From contig NZ_JAUMBI010000032.1 of assembly GCF_032115815.1 (NCBI RefSeq), positions 1 to 62,641 of the forward strand: a DNA stretch of 62,641 nt, written 5' to 3'. The notes beneath the pieces were generated by a model. That model was not told the origin of the DNA and made no database searches. It saw only the letters and a list, made by a program, of their open reading frames with translations. Below, in pieces: positions 38,477 through 49,210 of the stretch. This DNA is from Sandarakinorhabdus sp. Its GTDB lineage: Bacteria > Pseudomonadota > Alphaproteobacteria > Sphingomonadales > Sphingomonadaceae. How positions within the stretch are numbered: the first letter of the stretch is position 1; every line of letters begins with the position of its first letter. Made by a program: the position numbers and the translations under genes.

Positions 38477-38491
38477 GAACGAGCCATGAAC
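38477..38491 (-). promoter_or_regulatory. Alphaproteobacterial LexA (SOS) box
   Basis: GAAC-GAGCCAT-GAAC (GTTC-N7-GTTC on the minus strand) about 35 nt upstream of the rmuC start. Confidence 0.7.
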
Positions 38492-38557
38492 ATAGCCGCA
38501 GCCGCGCCAACCCGCCAGAGCTTGCGAGCACGCGGGCAAACAGCCAAGGTGACCAGC

Positions 38558-40138
38558 ATGCGCACTCTTCTTCTCTCCGCCCTGCTCGTCACCTCGCCGG
38601 TTGCGGCCGAGCCGTTCCGTTTCACCGCCGCCCGGATCGGCGACGACGTGAAAGCCCTCGCATCAGATGCCTTTGGCGGGCGGGGGCCAGGCGAAGTGGG
38701 TGAGGCACAAACGCTGGCCTTGCTTGCCGCGCGCTTTCAGGCCGCCGGGCTGGAGCCGGCCGGGCCGAATGGCAGCTGGCTGCAGCCTGTACCGCTGATC
38801 CGTCTGGACCGCACGCCGGGAGTCGCACTGTCGGTGCAGATGAACGGCACGGCGCTGCCGGTGCGGCTGGGCGAAAACGCCACGCTGGCGCTGCGCCTGC
38901 CCGGCGACATGGCGATCAGCGCCGCGCCAATGGTGTTTGCCGGCTTTGGGGTGGTGGCAGGCGGGCATGATCCCTATGCCGGCGTCGATGTGGCAGGGAA
39001 GGTGGTTCTGCTGCTGGCCGGTGACCCCGATGGCGAGGCTGGGGCCGATCTGGGCTTCGAGGGCCGCCGCCTCACCTATGCCGGACGCGTGGGCGTCAAG
39101 ATGGCGGCGGCCGCCAAGGCCGGTGCCGTGGGTGCCATCGTGCTGCACGAGGATTTCGCCGCCTCCTATCCGCTGGCGCAGCTGGTCGGCACCGAACGCG
39201 TAGCGCAGATGGTGCCGGGCGCGACGACATTTGGCGGCGCTTTCCGCTTTGCCAGCTGGATCGAAGGCGGGCTGGGCCAGCGGTTGCTGGCCGCCGCGGG
39301 CCTGGATCTGGCCCGCGCCAAGGCCGCCGCTCGCAAAGCTGATTTCCGCGCCCTGGCGCTGCCCGCCACCGCCAGCGCGAGCGGCCGGCTGACCGCGACG
39401 CCGTTCACCAGTTACAACGTCGTGGGCAAGCTGCCCGGCACGACCCAGGCCAGCGAAACCGTGCTGTTCGGCGCGCACTGGGATGCCAACGGGCAGGGTG
39501 TGGCCGATGCCAAGGGCGACGCCATCCGCAATGGCGCCATCGACAATGCCACCGGCACTGCCGAACTGATCGAGGTCGCCCGCGCCTTTGCCGCCGGCCC
39601 GCGTCCTGCACGCACTTTGGTGTTTGCAGCGTGGACGGCGGAGGAAAAGGGCCTGCTCGGCGCCGAACATTATGCGGCCAACCCGCTGTTTCCGCTGGCC
39701 ACCACCGTGGCGGTGATCAATCTTGATCCGCACGTGCAATTGCCGCGCACCCGCAGCCTGGAACTGATCGGCGGCGGCCGTACCACACTGGAAGGTGATC
39801 TGGGCGATGCGGCGAAAGCCATGGGCCTAGTGGTGGTGCCCGAACCCAATCCGGAAGCCGGCTGGTATTTCCGGTCAGATCACTTTCCCTTTGCGCAGCG
39901 CGGCGTGCCGGCGCTGGCCTTCCGCGCCGGGCGCGATCTGGTGATGGGCGGCGTGACGGCCGGGCAGGCGCTGATCGATGATTACAACCAGCGCTGCTAT
40001 CACCAGCCGTGTGATGAAGTCCGCAGCAGCTTCACCTTCGAAGCTGCCGCACAGGAAGCCGAGGCCGCGTGGCGCGTGGGGCTGACCGTGGCCAACCGCT
40101 GGCAGAAACCGGGCTGGACAGCGCAGCCGAAATTCTAG
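38558..40138 (+). CDS. M28 family metallopeptidase with PA domain
   Basis: Signal peptide, AHWD, NGAIDNATG, TAEEKGLLG, RSDHFPF, YHQPCD. Confidence 0.92.
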   Translation: MRTLLLSALLVTSPVAAEPFRFTAARIGDDVKALASDAFGGRGPGEVGEAQTLALLAARFQAAGLEPAGPNGSWLQPVPLIRLDRTPGVALSVQMNGTALPVRLGENATLALRLPGDMAISAAPMVFAGFGVVAGGHDPYAGVDVAGKVVLLLAGDPDGEAGADLGFEGRRLTYAGRVGVKMAAAAKAGAVGAIVLHEDFAASYPLAQLVGTERVAQMVPGATTFGGAFRFASWIEGGLGQRLLAAAGLDLARAKAAARKADFRALALPATASASGRLTATPFTSYNVVGKLPGTTQASETVLFGAHWDANGQGVADAKGDAIRNGAIDNATGTAELIEVARAFAAGPRPARTLVFAAWTAEEKGLLGAEHYAANPLFPLATTVAVINLDPHVQLPRTRSLELIGGGRTTLEGDLGDAAKAMGLVVVPEPNPEAGWYFRSDHFPFAQRGVPALAFRAGRDLVMGGVTAGQALIDDYNQRCYHQPCDEVRSSFTFEAAAQEAEAAWRVGLTVANRWQKPGWTAQPKF

Positions 40139-41025
40139 GCGCGGGACGGCAGGCGGGCGATCAGCAGCGCCGCCACCACCAACCCGGCGCCCACCAGTTC
40201 CAGCGGGCCGGGCACTTCGCCAAAGCGCAGGGCACCGATGATGGCGCTGATCGCCGGCTGCACCAGAAGGGTGAGGCCCACCACCAATGGCGACAGGTGG
40301 CGCACGGCATAGACGATCAGACCCTGGCCCACCACCTGGCTGCCAATGGCAAGGCCCAGCACCGGGGTCCAATCCTGCGGCCAGAAGGCGCCACTCGCCG
40401 CCAACGGAGCGAGTGCAAGGGCCGAAGCCAGAGTCGCCAGCACCAGTGCCGGCATGGCATCAAGGGTGCCACGCACTTTCTCGATGGCGATAAGATAGAT
40501 GGTGTAGAATACCGCCGCCGCCAGGCAGAGCAGGTCGCCCGCAAAATGCCGCGCCGAAACTTCCGCGCTGCGGCCCAGCAACAACGCCACGCCCGCCGCC
40601 GCAGCAGCGAGCGCCCACCATTGGGGACGCGTAAGCCGCTGCCCCAACACAACAAGGCCATAAAGCGGCAGCAGGAAGGTGGCGGCATTGGCCAGCAGCG
40701 TCGAATTGGCCAGCGTGGTGCGCATGATGCCGAGGTGCCAAACGGACAGATCAGCCGCAAAGGCGAAGCCGGCCAGCGCCGCCAGCCCAACCAGCCCCAC
40801 AGTGCTGCCGGCAAAAGGCGCATGCCCTTGCCGCCGCCCCGCCACCAGGGCCAGCGCAAACAGAAACGGCACCGCCAACGCCTGCCGCCAGAAGGCCGAA
40901 GCCAGCGGGCCGACATCGGCCAGCCGCACAAGCCACGGGCCAAAGGCGAGGCAGGCCGATCCGGTAATCATGGCCGGAAAGGCCCAGCGCGCGCCGGCTT
41001 GCGCTGAATTGTCGGTGCTGCCCAT
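40135..41025 (-). CDS. DMT/EamA family transporter
   Basis: About 10 TM helices in two repeats; FAADLSVWH, NSTLLAN, GDLLCL, LLVQPAISA. Confidence 0.9.
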   Translation of the reverse strand: MGSTDNSAQAGARWAFPAMITGSACLAFGPWLVRLADVGPLASAFWRQALAVPFLFALALVAGRRQGHAPFAGSTVGLVGLAALAGFAFAADLSVWHLGIMRTTLANSTLLANAATFLLPLYGLVVLGQRLTRPQWWALAAAAAGVALLLGRSAEVSARHFAGDLLCLAAAVFYTIYLIAIEKVRGTLDAMPALVLATLASALALAPLAASGAFWPQDWTPVLGLAIGSQVVGQGLIVYAVRHLSPLVVGLTLLVQPAISAIIGALRFGEVPGPLELVGAGLVVAALLIARLPSRA

Positions 41026-41079
41026 GGTGGCTGCGCATAGGGGCTTTGCCACGTCGCGCAAGGGGGTTACGCAATCGAC

Positions 41080-42471
41080 ATGACCGCTGAACCGCTTTCC
41101 CTTTCGCCCCGCCAGTGGCTGGCGCAGCTGCGCCAGGGCATCGATCATGCCGAAATACTGGCCGGCGTGGAGGAGGATGCGCGCTGGACCGGGCGCTATC
41201 TGTTCATGGTGGTGATCGCCGCCGGCATCGCCATGCTGGGGCTGTTGCTGTCGTCCCCAGCCGTGGTGATCGGCGCGATGCTGCTGTCCCCGTTGATGGG
41301 GCCGATCGTCGGGCTGGGTTTTGGCCTGGCCGTGTGGGATCTGGTGGCGATGCGGCGGGCGCTGGTGGCGCTGGCTTTGGGCGTGGCGGTGGCGGTGGGC
41401 TTTGCCGCGCTGCTGGTGATCTTCTCGCCACTGCAAACCGTGACCGACGAGATTGCGGCCCGCACCCGGCCCAATCTGTTCGATCTTGTGGTGGCGCTGC
41501 TGTCGGGCCTGGCCGGCACCTTTGCCACGCTGCGCAGCCGGCAGGGCGCGATCGTGGGCGTGGCCATCGCCACTGCCGTGATGCCGCCACTGGCCACGGT
41601 GGGCTTTGGGATCGCCACGGCCAACGCCGATGTGGCCGGCGGCGCGGCTTTTCTGTTCTTTACCAACCTGATGGCGATCGCGCTGGCCTGCGCGGCGATG
41701 GCGCGCCTCTATGGCTTTGGTGCCAGCCTGTCGCCGCGGCAGGGCGCCGTGCAGGGCGCGTTGATCCTGGTCACGCTGGTGGCGCTGGCAGTGCCGCTCG
41801 GGCTGGCGCTGCGCCAGATCGGCTGGGAAAGCCTGGCCCAACGCCGGGTGCGCGAAACATTGATGGCCGAATTCCCGCGCCCCAGCCGGCTGGGAGAGGT
41901 GGAGCTGGTGCTGGACAGCACACCAATCAGCGTGAATGCGCTGGTGTTCACCGCCCGTCCGCGCCGCGGCGTCGAATCAGCGTTGGAAGCCCGCCTGTCC
42001 GGCGCGCTCGGTCGCGAGGTCACGCTGACACTGGAACAAGTGCCGCTGGGCGGGATCGAAACGCCCGCCGAACCCCGCCCCACCGCCCGGCCCGGGGCCG
42101 AACTGGCGCAACGGCTGGCGCTGGTGGCAGGCGTGCCCGCCGAATCCATCCTGATTGACCGAGAGGCCAAACTGGCCCGCGTGGTGGCAGCGTCGCTGCC
42201 GGGCGCCGGGCTGTCGAGTTTCCGCATGCTCGAACGCCGGGTGGCCGCCACCGCGCCCGGTTGGCGGGTGTTGCTGGTGCCGCCGCCGCTGCCACCCGAT
42301 CCGGCCGATCCCGAAACCGTGGCCTGGGCCGCCGAGCGGCTTGATCTGGCCGTGGTGGCCAGCGGCGACGCCGATGCGCTGGCGGCCACGCTGGCCGCAC
42401 GCGGCGTGCAGGTTGATCGCCAGCCCGGCCGCGGACCGGCGCGCCTGGCCTGGGCGGTGCCTGCCCTCTGA
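41080..42471 (+). CDS. DUF389 / TIGR00341-like membrane protein
   Basis: SPAVVIGAMLLSPLMGPI, EIAARTRPNLFDL, GVAIATAVMPPL. Confidence 0.9.
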   Translation: MTAEPLSLSPRQWLAQLRQGIDHAEILAGVEEDARWTGRYLFMVVIAAGIAMLGLLLSSPAVVIGAMLLSPLMGPIVGLGFGLAVWDLVAMRRALVALALGVAVAVGFAALLVIFSPLQTVTDEIAARTRPNLFDLVVALLSGLAGTFATLRSRQGAIVGVAIATAVMPPLATVGFGIATANADVAGGAAFLFFTNLMAIALACAAMARLYGFGASLSPRQGAVQGALILVTLVALAVPLGLALRQIGWESLAQRRVRETLMAEFPRPSRLGEVELVLDSTPISVNALVFTARPRRGVESALEARLSGALGREVTLTLEQVPLGGIETPAEPRPTARPGAELAQRLALVAGVPAESILIDREAKLARVVAASLPGAGLSSFRMLERRVAATAPGWRVLLVPPPLPPDPADPETVAWAAERLDLAVVASGDADALAATLAARGVQVDRQPGRGPARLAWAVPAL

Positions 42472-42496
42472 CGCAAGTGCACGGGCCGGGTCGCTA

Positions 42497-42580
42497 TTGT
42501 CGGAATTCTACAATCGGTTTCCAGCAACGGATCCTATGAACAATCTGCGACCCGTGGAAATCCGGCCTTTGTCGGAATTC
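42497..42580 (+). promoter_or_regulatory. Duplicated 12-mer TTGTCGGAATTC, candidate regulator sites
   Basis: Exact copies at 42497-42508 and 42569-42580; the first extends to TTGT-N9-ACAA (42497-42513). Confidence 0.5.
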
Positions 42581-42591
42581 CCGCACTTCAA

Positions 42592-42627
42592 CGGCCCGGA
42601 TGGCTTTGCTGTCCGGGCCGCTTTTTT
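42592..42627 (+). terminator. Intrinsic terminator
   Basis: CGGCCCGGATGGC-TTT-GCTGTCCGGGCCG (two G-U pairs), then C and TTTTTT. Confidence 0.85.
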
Positions 42628-42735
42628 GCGGCGCGTTGCCAAAATGGTTCTTTCTGTTATCGTCCAGTATAACAGGGTTGCAATGAATGCTGTGGCAGCA
42701 GCGGACAGGGCATGACCAGCCGGGGAGGGCAGGCC

Positions 42736-43584
42736 ATGATTTCCATCCAGTATTTCGAGCCGCCGGCGGCGTTGCGGTTGCACGTCTCATCGCTCTATTG
42801 GTTCGAAACGGCGGCGCCGGGCTTTGCCGATCTGATGCGCGCCGAACTGGGCCAGATCCGGCTGCTGATCGATGGCGTCGCCCGCAACAACTATAAATCG
42901 GGCCAGCACTGGGAAGGCAGCGGGGCCATCCTGCAGGGCCCGACCACCGCCCCAACCCAATACACGGCCGACACGCGGCTGCGCCTGTTCGGCGTTGGCC
43001 TGCTGCCTCTGGGCTGGGCCGAACTGATCGGCATTTCGGCCAACGAACTCGCCGATAATGCCACTGATCTGGGCAGCGTGTTGCCGCCGGCGCTGGTAAC
43101 AAGCCTGATGGACGCGCTGGCCAGCGCATCCACCAATGCCAGTCGCTGCAAGATCGTCACCGATTTCCTGCAGGCGCGGCTGATTGCCAACCGCCATGCC
43201 GCCTGCTGGTTTACCCGGCTGGCCGATGAATGGCTCACCTCCAGCCCCAATCCGCAGGTGGATGCGCTGGTGGCGGCGTCGGGCATGTCGTCACGATCGG
43301 TCGAACGGCTCACCCACCGGCTCTATGGCGCATCGCCCAAGCTGTTGGCGCGCAAATATCGGGCGCTTGGCGCTGCGGTGCGACTGGGAATGGGCGACGC
43401 CCAAAACTGGTCGGACGCGGCGGGCGATGCCTTTTACGATCAGGCGCATTTCATTCGCGAATTCCAGGCCTTCACCGGCATCACCCCGGCGCGCTTTCAG
43501 GCCCAGCTCGCCCCGCTCACCCGCGCCACTATGACCCAGCGCCGGCACCTGCCTGGCCTGCCCAGCCTGGTGCGCATCGCCTGA
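42736..43584 (+). CDS. AraC-family transcriptional regulator
   Basis: GGGAGG RBS; C-terminal SSRSVERL...YGASPK and FYDQAHFIREFQAFTGITP. Confidence 0.9.
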   Translation: MISIQYFEPPAALRLHVSSLYWFETAAPGFADLMRAELGQIRLLIDGVARNNYKSGQHWEGSGAILQGPTTAPTQYTADTRLRLFGVGLLPLGWAELIGISANELADNATDLGSVLPPALVTSLMDALASASTNASRCKIVTDFLQARLIANRHAACWFTRLADEWLTSSPNPQVDALVAASGMSSRSVERLTHRLYGASPKLLARKYRALGAAVRLGMGDAQNWSDAAGDAFYDQAHFIREFQAFTGITPARFQAQLAPLTRATMTQRRHLPGLPSLVRIA

Positions 43585-43615
43585 GCGTGACGCCGGGCCC
43601 AAAGCGGCGCAAAAC

Positions 43616-43664
43616 TTGACACCAGCCGGCCCGAACCGCATAAGTAGACCAGATTTGTCCACTT
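43616..43664 (+). promoter_or_regulatory. suf promoter with Rrf2-type operator
   Basis: TTGACA (43616-43621), N17, CATAAG; imperfect palindrome AAGTAGAC-N7-GTCCACTT at 43642-43664. Confidence 0.65.
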
Positions 43665-43689
43665 TGCGGGCACCGCTGGGAACCGACGC

Positions 43690-44142
43690 TTGATTCGTCT
43701 CACTAACCTTGCCGATTATGCCGTCGTCGTGATGGCCGCTGCCGCGCGTGAGCCGGGGGTGAAATTGTCGGCGGCGCGGGTGGCGGAATTGACGATGATC
43801 CCGGCGCCGACCGTGGCCAAGCTGATGGGCACGCTGGCCCGCGGCGGGCTGCTCACCGCATCGCGCGGTGTGGCCGGCGGCTTCACCCTTGCCCGCGATC
43901 CGGCAAGTATCAGCGTGGCGGAAGTGGTGGAAGCGGTGGACGGCCCGATCGCGCTGACCAGCTGTGCCGGCAACGATGTGAATGACTGCGCGATGGAAGG
44001 CCATTGCGCGATCCGGGGCCATTGGGCCCCGATCAACCAGGCCGTGCGCGGCGCGCTCGCCGCCGTGACACTGGCCGATCTGGTGCGGCCGGCGGCAGCG
44101 GCGGCACCATTGGCGGCGCCCGCCCCGGCGCTGGCTGACTGA
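43690..44142 (+). CDS. SUF system Fe-S cluster assembly regulator (Rrf2/IscR-like)
   Basis: LADYAVV, SRGVAGGFTLAR, AVDGPIALTSC...C...C...H. Confidence 0.92.
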   Translation: MIRLTNLADYAVVVMAAAAREPGVKLSAARVAELTMIPAPTVAKLMGTLARGGLLTASRGVAGGFTLARDPASISVAEVVEAVDGPIALTSCAGNDVNDCAMEGHCAIRGHWAPINQAVRGALAAVTLADLVRPAAAAAPLAAPAPALAD

Positions 44143-44158
44143 CTGAAAGAGACGAGTG

Positions 44159-45679
44159 ATGTCTGAAGACGTGTCTGCCACTGCCGTGGACAATGAACCT
44201 GTTCAGGATGCCCCCATCCAGGATGCGGAAGCGCGGGCGGCGGTTGCCGATCTGGCCACCTACAAATGGGGCTTTTCCACCGACGTTGAATCGGAAATGG
44301 CGCCCAAGGGGCTGACCACCGATACCGTCCGCTACATCTCCGCCAAGAAGGGCGAGCCGGAATGGCTGCTGGAATGGCGGCTGAAGGCGTTTGCCAAGTG
44401 GGAAGCGATGGAGAGCCCGGATTGGGCCAAGCTCGATATCGCGCCGATCGATTACCAGGACGCCTATTATTACGCCGCGCCCAAGGCCAAGCCGACGTTG
44501 GCCTCGCTCGATGAACTCGATCCTGAAATCCGCCGCACTTATGAAAAGCTTGGCATCCCGATCGAGGAGCAGAAGATGCTGGCCGGCGTCGAAGGCTCGC
44601 GGCGCATCGCCGTCGATGCCGTGTTCGACAGCGTCTCGGTCGCCACCACTTTCCGTGCCGAACTGGAAAAGGCCGGCGTCATCTTCCGCTCGATCAGCGA
44701 GGCGGTGAAGGAATATCCTGATCTGGTGAAAAAGTGGCTGGGCAGCGTCGTGCCGGTCACCGACAATTATTTTGCCTGCCTGAACTGCGCCGTCTTTTCC
44801 GATGGCACCTTCGTCTACATCCCGCCGGGCGTGCGCTGCCCGATGGAGCTGAGCACCTATTTCCGCATCAACGCCGCCAACACCGGCCAGTTCGAACGCA
44901 CGCTGATCATCGCCGACAAGGGCTCTTACGTCTCCTATCTGGAAGGCTGCACCGCCCCGATGCGCGATGAAAACCAGCTGCACGCCGCCGTGGTGGAACT
45001 GGTCGCGCTCGATGATGCCGAGATCAAATATTCGACCGTGCAGAACTGGTATCCCGGCGACGCCGAGGGCAAGGGCGGCATCTACAATTTCGTCACCAAG
45101 CGGGCCAACTGCCTGGGGCGCAACAGCAAGGTGAGCTGGACGCAGGTCGAAACCGGCAGCGCCATCACCTGGAAATATCCGAGCTGCGTGCTGTCGGGCG
45201 ATGGCAGCGTGGGTGAATTCTATTCGGTTGCCGTCACCAACAATCGCCAGCAGGCCGATACCGGCACCAAGATGATCCATCTGGGCAAGAACACCACGTC
45301 CACCATCGTGTCGAAGGGCATCAGCGCCGGCCGGTCGAGCGGTACCTATCGCGGCCTTGTGCGGGTGGCAGCAACGGCGGAAGGCGCGCGCAACCACACC
45401 CAGTGCGACAGCTTGCTGCTGGGCAGCCAGTGCGGCGCCCACACCGTGCCCTACATCGAAGTGCGCAACCCCAGCGCCACCATCGAGCATGAAGCCACCA
45501 CGTCCAAGATCAGCGATGATCAGCTTTTCTATGCCCAATCGCGCGGGCTGGATGCGGAAGCCGCCGTCAGCCTGATCGTCAACGGCTTCTGCCGCGAGGT
45601 GTTGCAGCAACTGCCGATGGAATTCGCGGTCGAAGCGCAGAAATTGCTCGGCATCAGTCTTGAGGGCTCGGTCGGATGA
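44159..45679 (+). CDS. sufB: Fe-S cluster assembly protein SufB
   Basis: [43 protein letters not shown]. Confidence 0.98.
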   Translation: MSEDVSATAVDNEPVQDAPIQDAEARAAVADLATYKWGFSTDVESEMAPKGLTTDTVRYISAKKGEPEWLLEWRLKAFAKWEAMESPDWAKLDIAPIDYQDAYYYAAPKAKPTLASLDELDPEIRRTYEKLGIPIEEQKMLAGVEGSRRIAVDAVFDSVSVATTFRAELEKAGVIFRSISEAVKEYPDLVKKWLGSVVPVTDNYFACLNCAVFSDGTFVYIPPGVRCPMELSTYFRINAANTGQFERTLIIADKGSYVSYLEGCTAPMRDENQLHAAVVELVALDDAEIKYSTVQNWYPGDAEGKGGIYNFVTKRANCLGRNSKVSWTQVETGSAITWKYPSCVLSGDGSVGEFYSVAVTNNRQQADTGTKMIHLGKNTTSTIVSKGISAGRSSGTYRGLVRVAATAEGARNHTQCDSLLLGSQCGAHTVPYIEVRNPSATIEHEATTSKISDDQLFYAQSRGLDAEAAVSLIVNGFCREVLQQLPMEFAVEAQKLLGISLEGSVG

Positions 45680-46059
45680 GGCTGGTACCAGCCTTGCTGT
45701 TGCTATCGCTGGCCGCCTGCGATGCCGCACCGCCGCGTGCCGATCCCAAGGGCCAGCAGCTGCGCACCGAGCTCGACAAATTGACTGCCGATTATGGCAA
45801 GTGCGTCGATGAGAAGGTCGCCGCCGCCGATGTGTCGAACGATCCGGCCGGCAGCATCGCCATCGAGGCGGTGAAGGCCTGCCGCCCGCTGCGTGGCGCA
45901 CTCAGGCTCAAGGTCGCCTCCTTCGATCGCCTTGGCCACCCGAACCACACAGCCAACCAGGCCGAGGCTGTTGCCGAAGCCAGCGTGGGCGTCATCGAAA
46001 AAGAACTGCGCGAAAACGCGGTGGTCGCCATCGTTAAGCGCCAGAATGAAACCCGCTAG
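45676..46059 (+). CDS. Hypothetical lipoprotein
   Basis: Lipobox LSLAAC; ATGA overlap with the sufB stop; two further Cys. Confidence 0.75.
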   Translation: MRLVPALLLLSLAACDAAPPRADPKGQQLRTELDKLTADYGKCVDEKVAAADVSNDPAGSIAIEAVKACRPLRGALRLKVASFDRLGHPNHTANQAEAVAEASVGVIEKELRENAVVAIVKRQNETR

Positions 46060-46066
46060 GAACACC

Positions 46067-46803
<737 letters not shown>

Positions 46804-46807
<4 letters not shown>

Positions 46808-47532
46808 GCACGCTTCCCACCCGGAAAGACGAAGCCTGGCGCTACAGCGACCTCGCCGCCGTCGCCCGCCACTGGCCGGTCGCGGTCGAGCCGGTCGTCG
46901 TGCCGGCCGGCGAGGCGCATGCCGACATCATCCGGGCCACGGAAGAAGGCATCCGCCACCTCGCCATCAATATCGGCGCGGGCGGGGCCTGTCGGATCAC
47001 CATCCTCGATTCGGGCCGCACCTATGGCCGTATCGCGCTTGATGTGACGCTGCACGACGGCGCTGATTTCCAGTTGGGCGCGATCCTCATCGGCAACGGC
47101 GCGCAAACCATCGAACTGGTCACCACCGTCCGCCATGTTGGTCCAAATGCCACCAGCCGCCAGATCGTGCGCGCTGTGGCCGGCGGCACGGCGACGACCA
47201 GTTATCTGGGCCAGGTCGCCGTGGCGCGCGAAGGCCAGAAGACCGACGCCAGCCAGTCGTTCAAGGCGATCCTGCTCAACCGCGGCGCAACGGCCAACGC
47301 CAAGCCGGAACTGGAAATCTTCGCCGACGATGTGAAATGCGCCCACGGCGCTGCCATCGGCGAGATCGACAACAACGCGCTGTTCTACATGACCAGCCGC
47401 GGCGTGCCGCCGGCCCCGGCCCGCGCCCTGCTCACCCGCGCCTTCCTGTCAGACGCGCTGGAAGGCCTGGACGAAGCGACCACCGAAGCGCTTGACGCCG
47501 AAATCACCGCCCTGCTGGAGACGGCAGCGTGA
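46804..47532 (+). CDS. sufD: SufD, short form
   Basis: LPTRKDEAWRYSD, QKTDA, KPELEIFADDVKCAHGA. Confidence 0.92.
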
Positions 47533-48746
47533 CCGTGGCGACTGCGCCTGCCTTGCTCGATCTGAAGGGGGATTTCCCCGGTTTGGCCGGCGATTGGGCC
47601 TATCTCGACACGGCGGCGACCTCGCAGAAGCCGCAAGCGGTGATCGACGCCATCGCCCGTGTCTATGGCCCGGATTATGCCACTGTGCATCGCGGTGTGT
47701 ACGAACGCTCCGCCACGATGACGCTGCGGTTTGAGGAGGCCCGCGCCACCGTCGCCCGCTTCATCGGCGCAGGCTCTCCGGATGAAGTCGTATTCGTGCG
47801 CGGCGCCACTGAAGGCATCAACCTGGTCGCGCAAAGCTGGGGCCAGCGCCTGAAGGCCGGTGACCGCATCCTGATTTCGGCGCTGGAACATCACAGCAAT
47901 ATCGTGCCGTGGCAGATGCTGTGCGAACGCAGCGGCGCCGTGCTCGATGTCGCCCCGCTCACCGACGATGGCCGCATCGACGAAGCTGCGCTAATCGCCC
48001 TGATCCGCCCGGAAACCAAGCTGGTCAGCATCGCGCATGTCTCCAACGTGCTCGGCGGCGTCGGCGATGTGCGCCGTATCGCCGATGCCGCCCATGCAGC
48101 CGGTGCACTGCTGATGGTCGATGGCTGCCAGGCCGCACCGCGCCTCGCGCTCGACATGGCGGCGCTCGATTGCGATTTCTATGTGCTGTCGGGCCATAAG
48201 CTGTATGGCCCGACCGGCATCGGCGTGCTGTGGGCGCGGGCCGAGATTCTGGGCTCCATGCCGCCGTGGCAGGGCGGGGGCGCCATGATCGAAACGGTGA
48301 CGTTCGAGAAGACCACCTATGCCCCGCCGCCCGGCCGTTTCGAGGCCGGCACGCCGCATATTGAAGGCGTGATCGGCCTCGCCGCCGCCATCGATTATGT
48401 GGAAAGCATCGGGCTCGACCGCATCCACGCCCACGAAGCCGCGCTGGTTGCACAAGCCCGCGAAGCCCTCTCCGGCCTCAACAGCATCCGCCTGTGGGGC
48501 CCAGAAGATTCCGCCGGCATCCTCAGTTTCACCCTGCAGGGGGTGCATCCGCACGACATCGGCACCATATTGGATGAAGCGGGTGTGGCCATCCGCGCCG
48601 GGCATCATTGCGCCCAGCCGCTGATGAACCTGCTCGGCGTGCCGGCCACCGCCCGTGCCAGTTTCGGCCTCTATTCCAGCCCGCGCGATGTCGAACGGCT
48701 GGTGGATGGCCTTTCCCGTGTTTCCCGTATTTTTGGGGTGAAGTGA
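47529..48746 (+). CDS. sufS: Cysteine desulfurase SufS
   Basis: YLDTAATSQKP, SGHKLYGPTG, RAGHHCAQP. Confidence 0.97.
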   Translation: MTVATAPALLDLKGDFPGLAGDWAYLDTAATSQKPQAVIDAIARVYGPDYATVHRGVYERSATMTLRFEEARATVARFIGAGSPDEVVFVRGATEGINLVAQSWGQRLKAGDRILISALEHHSNIVPWQMLCERSGAVLDVAPLTDDGRIDEAALIALIRPETKLVSIAHVSNVLGGVGDVRRIADAAHAAGALLMVDGCQAAPRLALDMAALDCDFYVLSGHKLYGPTGIGVLWARAEILGSMPPWQGGGAMIETVTFEKTTYAPPPGRFEAGTPHIEGVIGLAAAIDYVESIGLDRIHAHEAALVAQAREALSGLNSIRLWGPEDSAGILSFTLQGVHPHDIGTILDEAGVAIRAGHHCAQPLMNLLGVPATARASFGLYSSPRDVERLVDGLSRVSRIFGVK

Positions 48747-49210
48747 TGAGCGAACGCGCTTTCGAAGTCGAAGAAGTGGGCGAAGCCAAGCCGGTGGCCA
48801 AGGCGCCGCCCATCCGCGCCATGCAGGAAGCGGAATCGAGTGGCCACACACCGGATTATCTCGATGGCTTCCTGAAACAGAAGCCCGAGCCGGCCCCTGC
48901 CGACGCGAGCAGCGACCTGGTGGATGAAATTGTTGCCGCCCTGCGCCAGATCCACGATCCGGAAATCCCGGTGAACATCTACGATCTTGGCCTGATCTAT
49001 GGCGTCGAGGTCGATAACGGCCACGCCGTGGTGACGATGACGCTGACCACGCCAACCTGCCCGGTGGCTGAATCCATGCCCGGCGAAGTCGAAATCCGCG
49101 TGTGCGCCGTGCCGGGCGTGCAAAGCTGCGACGTCAATCTGGTGTGGGAGCCGTCGTGGGACCCCGGCAAGATGACCGACGAAGCCAAGCTCGAGATGGG
49201 AATGTTGTGA
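48746..49210 (+). CDS. sufT: SufT / DUF59 Fe-S assembly protein
   Basis: DPEIPVNIYDLGL, TLTTPTCP, VWEPSW. Confidence 0.9.
   Translation: MSERAFEVEEVGEAKPVAKAPPIRAMQEAESSGHTPDYLDGFLKQKPEPAPADASSDLVDEIVAALRQIHDPEIPVNIYDLGLIYGVEVDNGHAVVTMTLTTPTCPVAESMPGEVEIRVCAVPGVQSCDVNLVWEPSWDPGKMTDEAKLEMGML

Noticed and set aside
42536-42715. Possible 59-aa ORF (MNNLRPVE...) upstream of the AraC gene
   Set aside because: No clear RBS and it reads through a strong intrinsic terminator; a non-coding interpretation fits better, though a leader peptide is not excluded.
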